From an uncultured Ignavibacteriaceae bacterium (GTDB taxonomy: Bacteria; Bacteroidota; Ignavibacteria; Ch128b): a stretch of 64,000 nt of DNA. Below the pieces are notes generated by a model. The model did not search any database, was not told the DNA's origin, and worked only from the letters and a program-made list of their open reading frames with translations. The stretch is from the NCBI GenBank assembly GCA_964527925.1, contig CAZGQO010000001.1, positions 324,808 to 388,807 on the forward strand, in the 5' to 3' direction. Made by a program: the position numbers and the translations under genes. Below, in pieces: positions 39,627 to 51,043 of this stretch (its first letter is position 1; the number at the start of each line of letters is the position of its first letter).

Positions 39627-41752
39627 TTTCTTTTTTCGCGCAATGGTTTTTCTTCGATTCGTTCTTTTTTGATTGAAGAATCCTGTTTTTGTGGGATATT
39701 CTGCTGTTGAATCTCAGGTTTAGTAAGTTCCTCATTTTTTATTTCGCCAATTTCAGAAGTTTTTAAAGAATCAGGATTTTCATTTTCTTTTTTCAACTCT
39801 TGTTCTTGAATTTTTTCCTGTTCTTTTCGCTGCAATTCACTTTCATAAGCTATTAATTTAGAATTAATTCTTTGAGTATAAAGTGATCCTGGATATTTTG
39901 ATTTCAATTCTTTGTAAACCGAATAAGCAGAATCATTCTGTTTTAATTTTTCTTCATAGATGTACCCAATCATGAGAAGAGCTTTTGGTGCATAATCAGT
40001 TTTTGAGTGATTCTGTACTATATCATATAATTTTTTAATTGCGTCTTTGTATTTTCCATTTAATGCGAGTTGTTCTGCTTTCTGATATTCAAGTTCAGGT
40101 ATATTTTTTTCTGATACTTTTGGTTTAAGATTTAATCTTCTCGCAACAGCACGAGTTATTTGTGAATCGGGGAATTTATCATAAATCAATTGATACAAAC
40201 TATCAGCTTTTTGGTTCTCACCTTTTACAATGAAATAATTTGCCAGCGCATAATATGCTCTTTCTGAAAAATCTTTGTCAGGAAATTCACTCACAATTTC
40301 TTGAAGATAGAATCCAGTTGAATCAGGTTGATTAAAATCTATCATAAACAGAGTTGCAAGTTCAAACTTCAAACGAGCAATATTGACTTCAAGTGAATCA
40401 GCAGTTTTTAAATTGGCTTGATAAGTTGCTGAATCTCTCTGGAGTTTGACAAAATACAGACTATCAGCAACTCGTTTTTGTTCGAAATACTCTTGCAAAT
40501 CAGCAAGATATGCTGAATCACTCAACATCGATGAATCAATCTCTATTTCCTGAAATTTTTGATAAGTCGAATCAACTGGAAAAGTCCTCAAGAAAGGTAT
40601 TTGTTTCTGAAGATTATAAATACTTGTCCAGAGATTTTTATAGCGAGTAAAAATATTTACTTTTTTCTGAGCAATTTTTTTGTATTGTTCGGAGATTGGA
40701 GTTCGAAGAGATTTTTCATAATAATATTTTGCTGAATCAAGATTTTTCAAATTGTGTTCTAGAAAGTTTGCAATTTCAAACTGTGCAATTCCACCAGTCT
40801 CTTTCGATGGATAAGTTGTATCAACTTTAGTGAAATAATTTAGTGCAGCTAAAGTATCATTCTTAGCAAGATGCAAGTAAGCATATTCTAATTCAGTATA
40901 ATCTTTATATTCTTCAAAGAGCGATTCAGAATAAAGGTCATTCAAAATTTTTTCAGCAGTTTCAAAATTTCCAAGTTCCCTGAAAATCTTTGCAAGTTCG
41001 AGTTGAGACTTAAATTGATAGTAATAATCGTTAGTATAATCATTCACTAATTCAAACCTATTTTTAGCCTCATCGAGTTTGCCCAGCTTGTAATAACTAA
41101 TTCCCATTTGTAAAAGTACCTGAGCAATTGCCTCGTCATCATCAGAAATTTCTATAAATTCTTTCGCAAGATTAACAAAGCCTTCGTAATCATTTCTTTT
41201 ATAATAGATTTTTAGAATTTCCAGTAATGCCTGACTCCGAATTTTCTCTTCGTCTTTTGCTTCTTGATAAACATCATTTAGTAATCTAAAGGCTTTATCT
41301 ATTTCAATAGTATTTGCATAAGATCGAGCTATCCACAACTTTGATTCAAGATAGTAAGGACTTTCCGGGAAGTTTGAAACAAGCTCGGTGAATTTACGGA
41401 TTGCACTTGGATATTCTTTTTGATAGAAGTAAGACTTGCCAATCATGAACAAAGCATTGTCAACAAATGAACTCTTTGAATGGTACTGTAAAATTTTTGA
41501 ACATTTTTCTATTACAGTCACAAACTTACCAGTTAAATTTCCCGGTACCTGATAAGGTTTATCTGTAAAAATATCTTTTTGTTGTTTTAGAATTTCGTCT
41601 TCCGCTTCATTGAAAATTTTCGATGCGTTGTAATAAATATTAAAATATGTTGTGAAGTTCTCGTAGCCTTTAGCAATAAAATTTGTTACACCACAAGATA
41701 AATTTAGAATAAGAGATAAAATTAAGATTAGAATTATAATTGATTTTTTCAT
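39623..41752 (-). CDS. Tetratricopeptide-repeat lipoprotein (about 709 aa)
   Basis: Lipobox LNLSCG. Many 34-residue repeats of the W-LG-Y/A-F-A-P type. C-terminal Glu/Lys-rich low-complexity tail. Confidence 0.7.
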   Translation of the reverse strand: MKKSIIILILILSLILNLSCGVTNFIAKGYENFTTYFNIYYNASKIFNEAEDEILKQQKDIFTDKPYQVPGNLTGKFVTVIEKCSKILQYHSKSSFVDNALFMIGKSYFYQKEYPSAIRKFTELVSNFPESPYYLESKLWIARSYANTIEIDKAFRLLNDVYQEAKDEEKIRSQALLEILKIYYKRNDYEGFVNLAKEFIEISDDDEAIAQVLLQMGISYYKLGKLDEAKNRFELVNDYTNDYYYQFKSQLELAKIFRELGNFETAEKILNDLYSESLFEEYKDYTELEYAYLHLAKNDTLAALNYFTKVDTTYPSKETGGIAQFEIANFLEHNLKNLDSAKYYYEKSLRTPISEQYKKIAQKKVNIFTRYKNLWTSIYNLQKQIPFLRTFPVDSTYQKFQEIEIDSSMLSDSAYLADLQEYFEQKRVADSLYFVKLQRDSATYQANLKTADSLEVNIARLKFELATLFMIDFNQPDSTGFYLQEIVSEFPDKDFSERAYYALANYFIVKGENQKADSLYQLIYDKFPDSQITRAVARRLNLKPKVSEKNIPELEYQKAEQLALNGKYKDAIKKLYDIVQNHSKTDYAPKALLMIGYIYEEKLKQNDSAYSVYKELKSKYPGSLYTQRINSKLIAYESELQRKEQEKIQEQELKKENENPDSLKTSEIGEIKNEELTKPEIQQQNIPQKQDSSIKKERIEEKPLREKRK

Positions 41753-41889
41753 TTTTCAGAACATTAATTATGGTATTACTTAAAAATTAATAGATTTAAA
41801 TTATTCAATAAATTTTTCTTAATAAAATATTATTTACTTAAGGTGAAGATTTGATTGATTAATGTAAATAATAATCCTTTTATTTCGCA

Positions 41890-42882
41890 TTATACACCAT
41901 TTCGCCAATCTTTTTGCTCCTTTTCTTTTTTACTTTCAGATTTAAACAATTTGGGCGTGTTAAAATTTAAGTAAAATTCTTTGATACGCCTTTTGGCTAA
42001 TTTTACATATTCTTCGTTTTTCTCATACCCAATATAACGTCGATTTGATTTTATTGCTGCGATGGCAGTTTGTCCACTGCCCATAAAAGGGTCTAAAACA
42101 ACCTCATCTTCAAAAGTGTATAGTTGAATTAATCTGTAAGGTAATTCAACTGGAAAAGGTGCTGGATGCCCAACCTTCGTCGTTTGTTCAGCAGCAAATG
42201 TCCATACGCTTTTAGTAAATTCAAGAAATTCATCTTTAGAAATTGTGTTTTTTCTATTTAGATTTTCCCTTGTGAACATACCTTTGGAAAACACTAAAAT
42301 ATATTCATGAATATCTCTCAATGTTGGATTTTTAGCTGAAAGCCAGCTACCCCAAGCCGTGGAGGGACTACTACTGGATGGTTTATTCCAGATGATTTCA
42401 CCTCGCATCAAAAATCCCAATTCAATCATATCCTCATTGATAAAAACATGCAGAGGTATGTATGGTTTCCTTCCAAGATTCGCGATGTTAATACAAACTC
42501 TTCCACCTGGAACGAGAAATCTTTTTACCTCTTTCCATACCCTTTTCAAGAATGCTCTGTACTCATTTAGTGTAAGATTGTCATCGTATTCTTTGCCTAT
42601 ATTATAAGGTGGTGATGTAACCATTAGATGAATACCGTTATCTGGTATTTCTTCCATTTTTTCACTTAACTTACATAAAACTTTGTCAAGGTACTGTGAT
42701 GAGATTTGATTTTCTAAATATTGAGTAAATTCTTCTTTCGGCAATCCCTCATATAATCTACTCGTATAAAAAGGAGTAGAATCGTGATTAATTTTTCCAG
42801 AAGAGCCAAAGTTGCTTGTTTTTGTTCCAGTCTCCTGTCTGACTCGAAGCGAAGATAAATCTTTATTATTGTATTTCCCCAA
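41890..42882 (-). CDS. DNA methyltransferase, beta-class amino-MTase (SPPY motif IV; probably N4-cytosine, possibly N6-adenine)
   Basis: 330 aa. Motif IV LMVTSPPYNIGKEYD precedes motif I DPFMGSGQTAIAA (the beta permutation). No ATG for 75 codons; the frame begins with TTG directly after an in-frame TAA. Confidence 0.75.
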   Translation of the reverse strand: MGKYNNKDLSSLRVRQETGTKTSNFGSSGKINHDSTPFYTSRLYEGLPKEEFTQYLENQISSQYLDKVLCKLSEKMEEIPDNGIHLMVTSPPYNIGKEYDDNLTLNEYRAFLKRVWKEVKRFLVPGGRVCINIANLGRKPYIPLHVFINEDMIELGFLMRGEIIWNKPSSSSPSTAWGSWLSAKNPTLRDIHEYILVFSKGMFTRENLNRKNTISKDEFLEFTKSVWTFAAEQTTKVGHPAPFPVELPYRLIQLYTFEDEVVLDPFMGSGQTAIAAIKSNRRYIGYEKNEEYVKLAKRRIKEFYLNFNTPKLFKSESKKEKEQKDWRNGV

Positions 42883-43515
42883 TTAATTCTCCCTCCAGAG
42901 ATCAACCCATTTTTTATAAAAATTAAACTCTATATTTGTTCTTTGCCAAATAATTTTAATACTCCTAGTATCATCATCTTCAAGTAAACATAAAAGAGTC
43001 TCTTTAGTAATTTCTACACCTCGTGGATTTGTTCCTGGTTTTGGAAGTTTAATATAATTTTCTCTGCCAATTTTATCAAAAACTTTCTTTTGAACCTCCA
43101 ATGGAATAAATTGAAAACCGCCTACACTGTTCCAATTAACATGAACCAATAACATATCACAACTGGGGTAATAACTTTCATAAAATCCTTTTGCCTTTTA
43201 TGCATCAACAGTCCATATAAGTTTAACACCTCCTAAACTTTTACTAGTAATTGTTTTAATAGATATTGAATTTCCAAATAATCTCACATCTACTTCTGGT
43301 TCTGTAATTGGAATTTCTGTTTGTACATTTGCTTCACCATATTTATAAATAAGCAAAGCAATGATTATCCGTTCATGGACTGAACCGACCTCCATTCCTA
43401 ATTTACCTGCTCTTGAACTTTCTAACTCAGCAAGTTGGAAGAGATAGGGCAAATGTCTTTGTATCTTTTCTATAAGTTTTGCATCTTCAAATAATTCTAA
43501 CAAGCGACTAGACAT
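42883..43515 (-). pseudogene. Two small ORFs (105 aa and 90 aa) in one frame separated by a single TAA, upstream of and in frame with the MTase. Candidate nonsense-interrupted restriction endonuclease or partner gene.
   Basis: 43515, 43155 and 42882 are all congruent mod 3. TAA lies at 43198-43200 and 42883-42885. The segment has a possible PD-(D/E)xK-like stretch EPEVDVRLFGNSISIK. Family not recognised. Confidence 0.3.
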
Positions 43516-43914
43516 TTTTTGTTTTTTTCATTCTTTCATGAGTGAAATGGCTTATAACTTTTAAGCACAAACGAAACCATCAGATTTGTAAAATTTATAA
43601 GTTACTTAAGCTTGTAAACGTTTATTCTGGTAGATTGTTAATTTAATTCACCTCTTCCCAATATTAATTATCAAAAGATAATAACCTTTTAGGATCTTCT
43701 ATTTTAAGAGGTAAAGATATCGACTTACCATAGAAGTCAAACAATGTTATTTCTATTTTTTCGATATTTCGTGTAAATTTTTCGATACTCCCGACTGACC
43801 TATCGATAATAAACCGAACAAAATAAGAGTTAACTTTTTCTTTTTCTAAAACATTTGTGTACAAAATACCCTCTTCAATTGGAATGCGTAACCTTTTTTA
43901 ATCCCATTATAGTC

Positions 43915-44322
43915 TTAAATTATTTCATTCGCTGGAATGACTTCTCCTTTATACTTTTGATCATCCCCAAAAAATTTAATAAATACATCGAAATCTTTAA
44001 GGATGAAATTTTTATTTCGAACTGCAATTATGACATTTATTGTATATCCAACACCTTCAATATTTATTAAGATTCCACTAGTATCAATGTAAGAATAATT
44101 CATATATCCCGTGCGGAGTAGGCCAGTAATTCTACCATCAATTTTAATTTGTTGTAAATAAGGAATCGAACTTATAAGAACTGCAATAATCGAAATAAAA
44201 GTAGGAATCCAAAACTTTAAATCTTTGAAAATCGAATACCACGGTTTGTCTTTAATGCTTAGCACATTACAAATTCTAACCTTTATTTCATCATTAGTTT
44301 CTTTTTCTTTAACTTTTTTCAT
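43915..44322 (-). CDS. Hypothetical single-pass membrane protein
   Basis: 135 aa with a TM helix (WIPTFISIIAVLISSIPYL). No recognisable domain. AT-rich islet context. Confidence 0.3.
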   Translation of the reverse strand: MKKVKEKETNDEIKVRICNVLSIKDKPWYSIFKDLKFWIPTFISIIAVLISSIPYLQQIKIDGRITGLLRTGYMNYSYIDTSGILINIEGVGYTINVIIAVRNKNFILKDFDVFIKFFGDDQKYKGEVIPANEII

Positions 44323-44403
44323 TTATTTTTATTAACCTTTAGTTATTTCATTTTTATTTAAGACTAACTTTTATTTCCTTACTTTGCCAAATTCTTAACC
44401 TAA

Positions 44404-44769
<366 letters not shown>

Positions 44770-44774
44770 TCAGA

Positions 44775-47700
44775 TTATCTCCCATGACAATGTTTATATT
44801 TTTTCCCGCTGCCACAAGGACAGGGATCATTTCTACCTATTTTTTCGCCTACTCTAACTGGCTGCGGTTTACCAGCTGGCTGCGATGTTGTTTTAGCTCC
44901 ATCACGACCCTGAGCAATGCTGAATCCATCAACCGATTGATGAATAGTTGTAATTCTTTCTGGTACTTTTCTTCTTCTTTGAACTTGTTCTGGCATTTCA
45001 GGAAACCATTTGAAAACAAATCTTAAACTATCATCTCTTATGGATGTCAGCATATCCATAAAAAGTTCATATGCTTCTTTTTTGTATTCAATTAATGGAT
45101 CTTTTTGACCATAAACACGAAGACCAATTCCTTCCTTCAAATCATCCATGTCACGGAGATGTTCTTTCCACTTTTCATCAATCACAGTGAGAACAGCAAA
45201 TCTTTCAAGATTAGCCATTAGTTCAGAACCGAGCATTTTTTCTTTCTTGTTATAGAAATCTTTAGCAGCTTCAAAGATTTTCTCTGTTAGTCCATCTTCT
45301 CCTAATTCTTGAAATACTTGAGGTGTAATTTGAACATCAATTAAAAGATTTCTAATCAATTCTTCTCTCAATTGATCTATCTCAGCATTTTCATAATGCT
45401 TATGAACAAGATCTGCGATGAACTCATACAAATCTTCAAGAATTTTTCCTTTGAGTCTTTCACCTTTCAATGCCTGCATTCGTTTTGTGTAAATAACTTC
45501 ACGCTGCGAGTTCATGACATTGTCATATTCGAGAAGTCGTTTACGAATTGCGAAGTTATTCTCTTCAACTTTTTTCTGTGCTCGTTCAACACTTCTTGTA
45601 ATTAAAGGATGAGTAATAACTTCACCTTCTTTTACACCAATTCTTTCCATTATTGCAGCAATTCTGTCACTTCCAAAGAGACGCATCAAATCATCTTCTA
45701 ATGAAAGATAGAACTTAGATGAACCTGGATCGCCCTGTCTTCCAGCTCTTCCTCTTAATTGTCGGTCAATTCGTCTTGATTCGTGTCTGGTTGTACCAAG
45801 AATTGCAAGTCCGCCGAGTTCTTTCACACCAGGACCAAGTTTGATGTCCGTTCCACGACCTGCCATGTTTGTTGCAATTGTAACAGCACCTCTTAAACCT
45901 GCGTTTGCAACAATCTCAGCTTCCCGTTGATGATGCTTTGCATTGAGAACATTATGAGGAATTACTTTTCTCTTCAACATTCGAGAGATAGTTTCAGAAG
46001 CTTCAACTGAAGTTGTACCAACAAGAACAGGTCGACCAATTTTATGCAGTTCTTCAATTTCATCAAGAAGTGCGTTATATTTTTCTCGCATTGTACGATA
46101 AATCACATCATCGTAATCAATCCGAATGCAGGGCTTGTGAGTTGGAATTACGACAACATCGAGTTTATAAATTTCCCAGAATTCGGCAGCTTCAGTTTCC
46201 GCAGTACCTGTCATTCCTGCCAATTTTTTATAAAGACGGAAATAATTTTGCAGTGTAATGGTAGCTAAAGTTTGAGTATCCTTTTCAACTTTTACATTTT
46301 CTTTTGCTTCGATTGCTTGATGAAGCCCATCGGAATATCTTCTCCCTGGAAGTAATCTTCCAGTAAACTCATCAACAATCATTACTTTTCCATCTTCGGT
46401 CACAACATATTCAACATCTTTTTCATAAAGAGCATAGGCTCTTAAAAGTTGTTGTACAGTATGAATTCTATCACTTCGTTCTGCATAGAGTTGATAAAGT
46501 TTATCTTTTCTTTTCGCTTTTTCTTCGAGTGAAAGTGAATGGTCATTTTCAATTTTACTAATTTCAGTTCCAATATCAGGTAAGACGAAGAAATCTTTAT
46601 CTTCATTTATGTTTGTTATGAACTCTCGTCCTTTTTCTGTTAAATCGATGGAGTGATTTTTTTCGTCAATTCTGAAATACAACTCATCATCAATCTCGTG
46701 CATTCGTTTTTCTTGCTCGCGTAAATATTCAAGCTCAGTTTCCTGCATCAACTTTTTGTTTGATGGTTCACTGAAAAGTTTCATCAATTTTTTGTTTTTT
46801 GGATAGCCACGATAAGCTCTTAACAATAAGACACCAGCTTTGTGATAATCTGGTTCTGGTTTGTTTAATTCATCTTCAGCTTCCTGAACAATTTTAGCAA
46901 CCAGCTGAGCTTGCGCACGAACAAGTCGTTCAACACGAGGTTTCAATTCAGTAAATTTTTGTTCTGAACTTTCAACTGGACCACTGATGATTAATGGAGT
47001 TCTCGCTTCATCAATAAGAACTGAATCAACTTCATCAACAATTGCATAATTGTGACCACGCTGAACAATTCCATCCATATCAATAGCCATGTTGTCACGG
47101 AGATAGTCAAAACCAAACTCATTATTTGTTCCATATGTTATGTCGCACTGATACATCTTTTTTCGTTCTTCAGGCGACATATGATTTAATATTACACCGA
47201 CTGTCAAACCATGAAACTCAAAAATCTTGCCCATCCATTCTCTATCTCGTTGAGCAAGATAATCGTTAACAGTTACAAGATGACAACCACGTCCAGTTAA
47301 TGCATTTAAGAAAAGCGGCATCGTTGCGACAAGAGTTTTACCTTCACCTGTAGCCATTTCGGCAATTTTTCCCTGATGAAGTACAATTGCTCCCATCAAC
47401 TGGACATCGAAGGGAATCATATCCCAGGTAATTTTTCTTCCAACAACTTCCCAGGACTGCCCAACAAGTCTTCGACAGGTGTCTTTTACAATCGCATAAG
47501 CAGTTGGAAGGATTTCATCAAGAATTTCTTCGTATTTATCATCCAGTTCCTGGTTAAGTTCTTCAAGTTCATCGTATATTTGTTGCTGTTCATCAATGGA
47601 AAGATCTTCCATCAATCTGGCTTCCAGTCCTAAGATTTTATCTCTCAATTCTTGTGTTTCATCGTTTATTTTTTGTTTGAGTTTTTGGGTTTCAGCGCGA

Positions 47701-47825
47701 AGTTCAGCATCTGAGAGATCTTTCAGGGTTTCGTAAATGCTGTTAATTTCAGCAACAATAGGTTTTAGCGCTTCAATATCTCTTTTGTGTTTATCACCAA
47801 ATATTTTCTTCAAAATCATTAACAT
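44775..47825 (-). CDS. secA: Preprotein translocase ATPase SecA
   Basis: 1016 aa. DEAD-like motor motifs ([30 protein letters not shown]), preprotein cross-linking and helical scaffold regions, C-terminal zinc finger [23 protein letters not shown]. Confidence 0.95.
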   Translation of the reverse strand: MLMILKKIFGDKHKRDIEALKPIVAEINSIYETLKDLSDAELRAETQKLKQKINDETQELRDKILGLEARLMEDLSIDEQQQIYDELEELNQELDDKYEEILDEILPTAYAIVKDTCRRLVGQSWEVVGRKITWDMIPFDVQLMGAIVLHQGKIAEMATGEGKTLVATMPLFLNALTGRGCHLVTVNDYLAQRDREWMGKIFEFHGLTVGVILNHMSPEERKKMYQCDITYGTNNEFGFDYLRDNMAIDMDGIVQRGHNYAIVDEVDSVLIDEARTPLIISGPVESSEQKFTELKPRVERLVRAQAQLVAKIVQEAEDELNKPEPDYHKAGVLLLRAYRGYPKNKKLMKLFSEPSNKKLMQETELEYLREQEKRMHEIDDELYFRIDEKNHSIDLTEKGREFITNINEDKDFFVLPDIGTEISKIENDHSLSLEEKAKRKDKLYQLYAERSDRIHTVQQLLRAYALYEKDVEYVVTEDGKVMIVDEFTGRLLPGRRYSDGLHQAIEAKENVKVEKDTQTLATITLQNYFRLYKKLAGMTGTAETEAAEFWEIYKLDVVVIPTHKPCIRIDYDDVIYRTMREKYNALLDEIEELHKIGRPVLVGTTSVEASETISRMLKRKVIPHNVLNAKHHQREAEIVANAGLRGAVTIATNMAGRGTDIKLGPGVKELGGLAILGTTRHESRRIDRQLRGRAGRQGDPGSSKFYLSLEDDLMRLFGSDRIAAIMERIGVKEGEVITHPLITRSVERAQKKVEENNFAIRKRLLEYDNVMNSQREVIYTKRMQALKGERLKGKILEDLYEFIADLVHKHYENAEIDQLREELIRNLLIDVQITPQVFQELGEDGLTEKIFEAAKDFYNKKEKMLGSELMANLERFAVLTVIDEKWKEHLRDMDDLKEGIGLRVYGQKDPLIEYKKEAYELFMDMLTSIRDDSLRFVFKWFPEMPEQVQRRRKVPERITTIHQSVDGFSIAQGRDGAKTTSQPAGKPQPVRVGEKIGRNDPCPCGSGKKYKHCHGR

Positions 47826-48205
47826 TTTACCTCTTTGTAATTTTATTAAAACTAATTAAATGACTTCTTAAATACAATTTGTTAAAAAATTTTCAATTAT
47901 ACTTTCAAGGAAGTACTTTGAGTTTCATATTTTTTGATACAGGCTTAATTAATTCACAATTATTTGAACTTTAATAGTGATTATCTTAAAAAATTTCCAT
48001 GTGAGAACCGGGAAATCATTTATTTAATATTGGATTAATGAATCAAGTGATCCATATTAACTTAGCTCTTATAATTAATTAGAACTAACCTAACCGCGAA
48101 AATCCAAATATTAAGATGAAATCATTCCAATTTATTAAATGATAAAATGACCTGAACAAAAACTTCAATTGTGTTTTTCGTTTTATTATTCAAATATTTC
48201 TGTAA

Positions 48206-51043
48206 TTGGTAATTTTGTATGTGTTAAAGAAACAGCTTATAGATTATTTAATAAGTCATTTCTCAAAAATTCTAAGCGATAAAGAACTCGAAATTTTTAC
48301 TGGCGACATCACTCCAGTATTAGATGAGGTTTTCGTCTCACCAAGAACTCTTCTAAATTTCTCCCGGATAATTCAAAATGATTATTTCATAAATTCTTAT
48401 GCAGAAAATCTGCCTTTACTTAAATTTTATGTCGAAGTGATTATAATGATTTCTGCTTTCAGTAATTATCTGACTGATATTGTTGTCAGAAATCCGGAAT
48501 TTTTATCAAGATTTATTGGCAGTGGAGAATTATATACAGATTTTAACGAACCTATTTTTGAGAAAGAGCTTGATTCAACAACCAACGCATTTAGAACCTT
48601 TAATAAGAAAATTGATGCAATTAAAAGGTTCAAAAGATTACACACCCTTAGAATTGGGCTTCGAGATATATTAAATCTTACTAACATTGAAAATACAATG
48701 TTCGAATATTCATTACTTACCAGTTCAATTTTAGATCGCGTCTTCAAGTTGGTCATCAATAGTATCAAAGAGAATAAACCTGATAGAGAAATTCCAGAAT
48801 ATTGCCTTGTTTCACTTGGAAAGCTTGGTGGACTTGAACTTAATTTTAGTTCTGATGTTGACTTGATGTGTTTTTATGATGATAACGAAAACAAGCCAGA
48901 AAACCTGGAATTATTTTATACAATTGTTAAAAAATTTATTGATGTTTGTTCAAATCCAACTAACGAAGGTTATTTATACAGAGTTGATTTTAGACTAAGA
49001 CCTGATGGTAAATATTCACCACTTGCTCGATCGATGACCTATTATCAGATTTACTATGAAAGCTATGGAAGTGATTGGGAAAAACAAATGCTCCTGAAAA
49101 TGAATTTCGTTAGCGGTTCCAAGGTTCTTTTTGAAAGATTCCAGAAGTTTGTTCATAGTTTTATTTTTCATGGAGTGTTTTTTGATTCACCTAAAGTATT
49201 TGTAAAGAGATTTAGAAATATTTATCAAAACATTATAACAGCAGATTCAACTGATGATAAAATGAACATTAAGCATTTCAGCGGCGGAATCAGAGATGTA
49301 GAATTTTCAATTCAGGTACTTCAGCTATTAAATGGGAAAAAAATTAATGATTTGAGAACTCCAAATACTATTAATGCAATAAAACAACTTGCCAGATACA
49401 AACTTATAAGCGAAAAGGAATCTAAAAGGTTAATTGACTCATACAAATTTTTACGACGAGTTGAAAATTTCATTCAATTGATGGATGATAGACAAATCCA
49501 TGCTTTGCCTAAGGACAACGAAAAAATAGTAAACCTGACAAGATTTTTAGGACTGAGAAAAAGTAAACAATTCTATTCGCAGCTTGAATTCACTCGAAAA
49601 ATTATTAAAAACTTTGCTGCAAATATTTTTGAGAGTGAAGATATTAAACAATTTGAAATTAATCGATACATCGACCCGTCGAAAGTCAAAAATCCTGAAA
49701 GTATAAAAAAACATTTCCAACTCACTCTCAACATACTGCGCGATAATTTATCTGATTTAGATGACTCAACTCTGGAGGAATTTCAAAAAGAAATTTTAAG
49801 AAGAATTAATATTTCTAGTAACCCAGAAATTTTCACTAAAAATTTTTACAGATTTATTTCTTCAATAAAAACAAAAGTTCAGATAAAGGAATTACTGACA
49901 AACAAAGGTTTACTTGAGTTAACATTATTAATTTCTGAATTATCTGAACATTTGATGACAAGTCTCATTTCCAGTCAGAGATTAATAGATCTTTATTTTT
50001 CGGGAAGACTTTTCAGTAGAGATTTTACTGAAATTGATTTTCAAAATTTAGATGAAGAACAAATTAGAATTTTCATTCTGCAGATAACTTTAAATTTTTT
50101 ACTAAAAAATTTCGATTCACAAGAAGTAAACTTTCTGCTTACAAATTTTGTTGATTCAACTTTTGAAAATTTAACTCAGGAAATCACTATTAAATACAAA
50201 CTGGAAAAAGAAGCCTACTCAATCATTGCACTTGGAAGCTATGGAACAAAAGAAATGCACTTGAAATCAGATATTGATATACTCTTTGTATTTGATAGTG
50301 AAATCGATCAAGCTAAAGCAGAAAAATTTTCATTAAACATACTCAGCAGTTTCAGAGATAAATTTAAACTTTTTGATTTCTTTCAAGCTGATTCAAAAAT
50401 TCGTCCTGAAGGGAAAGCTTCCAAATTAAGCTGGCAAATTGATGAAATGAAAAATTACATTAACTCTCGAATGCGAATTTGGGAATTTCAATCCTATACC
50501 AAAATGAGATTGGTAGATGGTTCAGAAAAAATCTTCAATACCCTTTTAGAATCTGTTAGATCAAAAGTTATTGAACTTAAGTCTGACTATATTGCAAATG
50601 AAATTAAAAAGAACAAAACTTTGATTCGTCAAAATAAAATTCACGCTGGAAGAGATTTTCTTGACCTAAAAAATTCAACAGGCGGTTTGCTCGATTTGCA
50701 ATTCACTCAACAATATCTAACTCTAATTAATAAGACCAATTTTCAGAATTTTATTGCAAGAAGTTTTATCCAATTCTGCAGCGATTATTCCAGATTCAAT
50801 AAAAATTACAGAACAAGACTTGAACAATTGTCAAGAAATTTTTATCAGATATTTACATTTATTTTACTTAATCAGATAATTACTGGAACAAAAGGACATA
50901 TTTTATCACGGAACTTTAATTCTAAATTTGTAAACCAATTTTTGAATATTTCAAATACCACAAAAATTTTCGACTACTTAAAATCACTTTTGGACGAAAA
51001 TTATCGCTTGATTAAGGAAATAAGTCCGGAGATAAACAAATGA
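48206..51043 (+). CDS. glnE: Glutamine synthetase adenylyltransferase / adenylyl-removing enzyme
   Basis: 945 aa (E. coli GlnE is 946 aa). Two nucleotidyltransferase motifs: LGKLGGLELNFSSDVDLMCFYDD (N-terminal AR domain) and LGSYGTKEMHLKSDIDILFVFD (C-terminal AT domain). The track start is TTG; an in-frame GTG at 48221 is an alternative. Confidence 0.8.
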   Translation: MVILYVLKKQLIDYLISHFSKILSDKELEIFTGDITPVLDEVFVSPRTLLNFSRIIQNDYFINSYAENLPLLKFYVEVIIMISAFSNYLTDIVVRNPEFLSRFIGSGELYTDFNEPIFEKELDSTTNAFRTFNKKIDAIKRFKRLHTLRIGLRDILNLTNIENTMFEYSLLTSSILDRVFKLVINSIKENKPDREIPEYCLVSLGKLGGLELNFSSDVDLMCFYDDNENKPENLELFYTIVKKFIDVCSNPTNEGYLYRVDFRLRPDGKYSPLARSMTYYQIYYESYGSDWEKQMLLKMNFVSGSKVLFERFQKFVHSFIFHGVFFDSPKVFVKRFRNIYQNIITADSTDDKMNIKHFSGGIRDVEFSIQVLQLLNGKKINDLRTPNTINAIKQLARYKLISEKESKRLIDSYKFLRRVENFIQLMDDRQIHALPKDNEKIVNLTRFLGLRKSKQFYSQLEFTRKIIKNFAANIFESEDIKQFEINRYIDPSKVKNPESIKKHFQLTLNILRDNLSDLDDSTLEEFQKEILRRINISSNPEIFTKNFYRFISSIKTKVQIKELLTNKGLLELTLLISELSEHLMTSLISSQRLIDLYFSGRLFSRDFTEIDFQNLDEEQIRIFILQITLNFLLKNFDSQEVNFLLTNFVDSTFENLTQEITIKYKLEKEAYSIIALGSYGTKEMHLKSDIDILFVFDSEIDQAKAEKFSLNILSSFRDKFKLFDFFQADSKIRPEGKASKLSWQIDEMKNYINSRMRIWEFQSYTKMRLVDGSEKIFNTLLESVRSKVIELKSDYIANEIKKNKTLIRQNKIHAGRDFLDLKNSTGGLLDLQFTQQYLTLINKTNFQNFIARSFIQFCSDYSRFNKNYRTRLEQLSRNFYQIFTFILLNQIITGTKGHILSRNFNSKFVNQFLNISNTTKIFDYLKSLLDENYRLIKEISPEINK

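Noticed and set aside
42883-43155. Treating the 90-aa ORF as an independent small gene (for example a controller C-protein) of the R-M locus
   Set aside because: No HTH motif, and it is in frame with both neighbours across single TAA codons. Handled instead as part of a possibly interrupted larger ORF, though independent-gene status cannot be excluded.
43855-44070. 71-aa plus-strand ORF overlapping the 135-aa minus-strand membrane-protein ORF
   Set aside because: Overlaps a longer ORF on the opposite strand. No start context; low-complexity.
48206-51043. Alternative call of the 945-aa protein as GlnD (PII uridylyltransferase)
   Set aside because: Two separate nucleotidyltransferase GS..D.D motifs (N- and C-terminal halves) and the 945-aa length fit GlnE. 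GlnD has a single NTase domain plus HD and ACT domains, which are not seen here.
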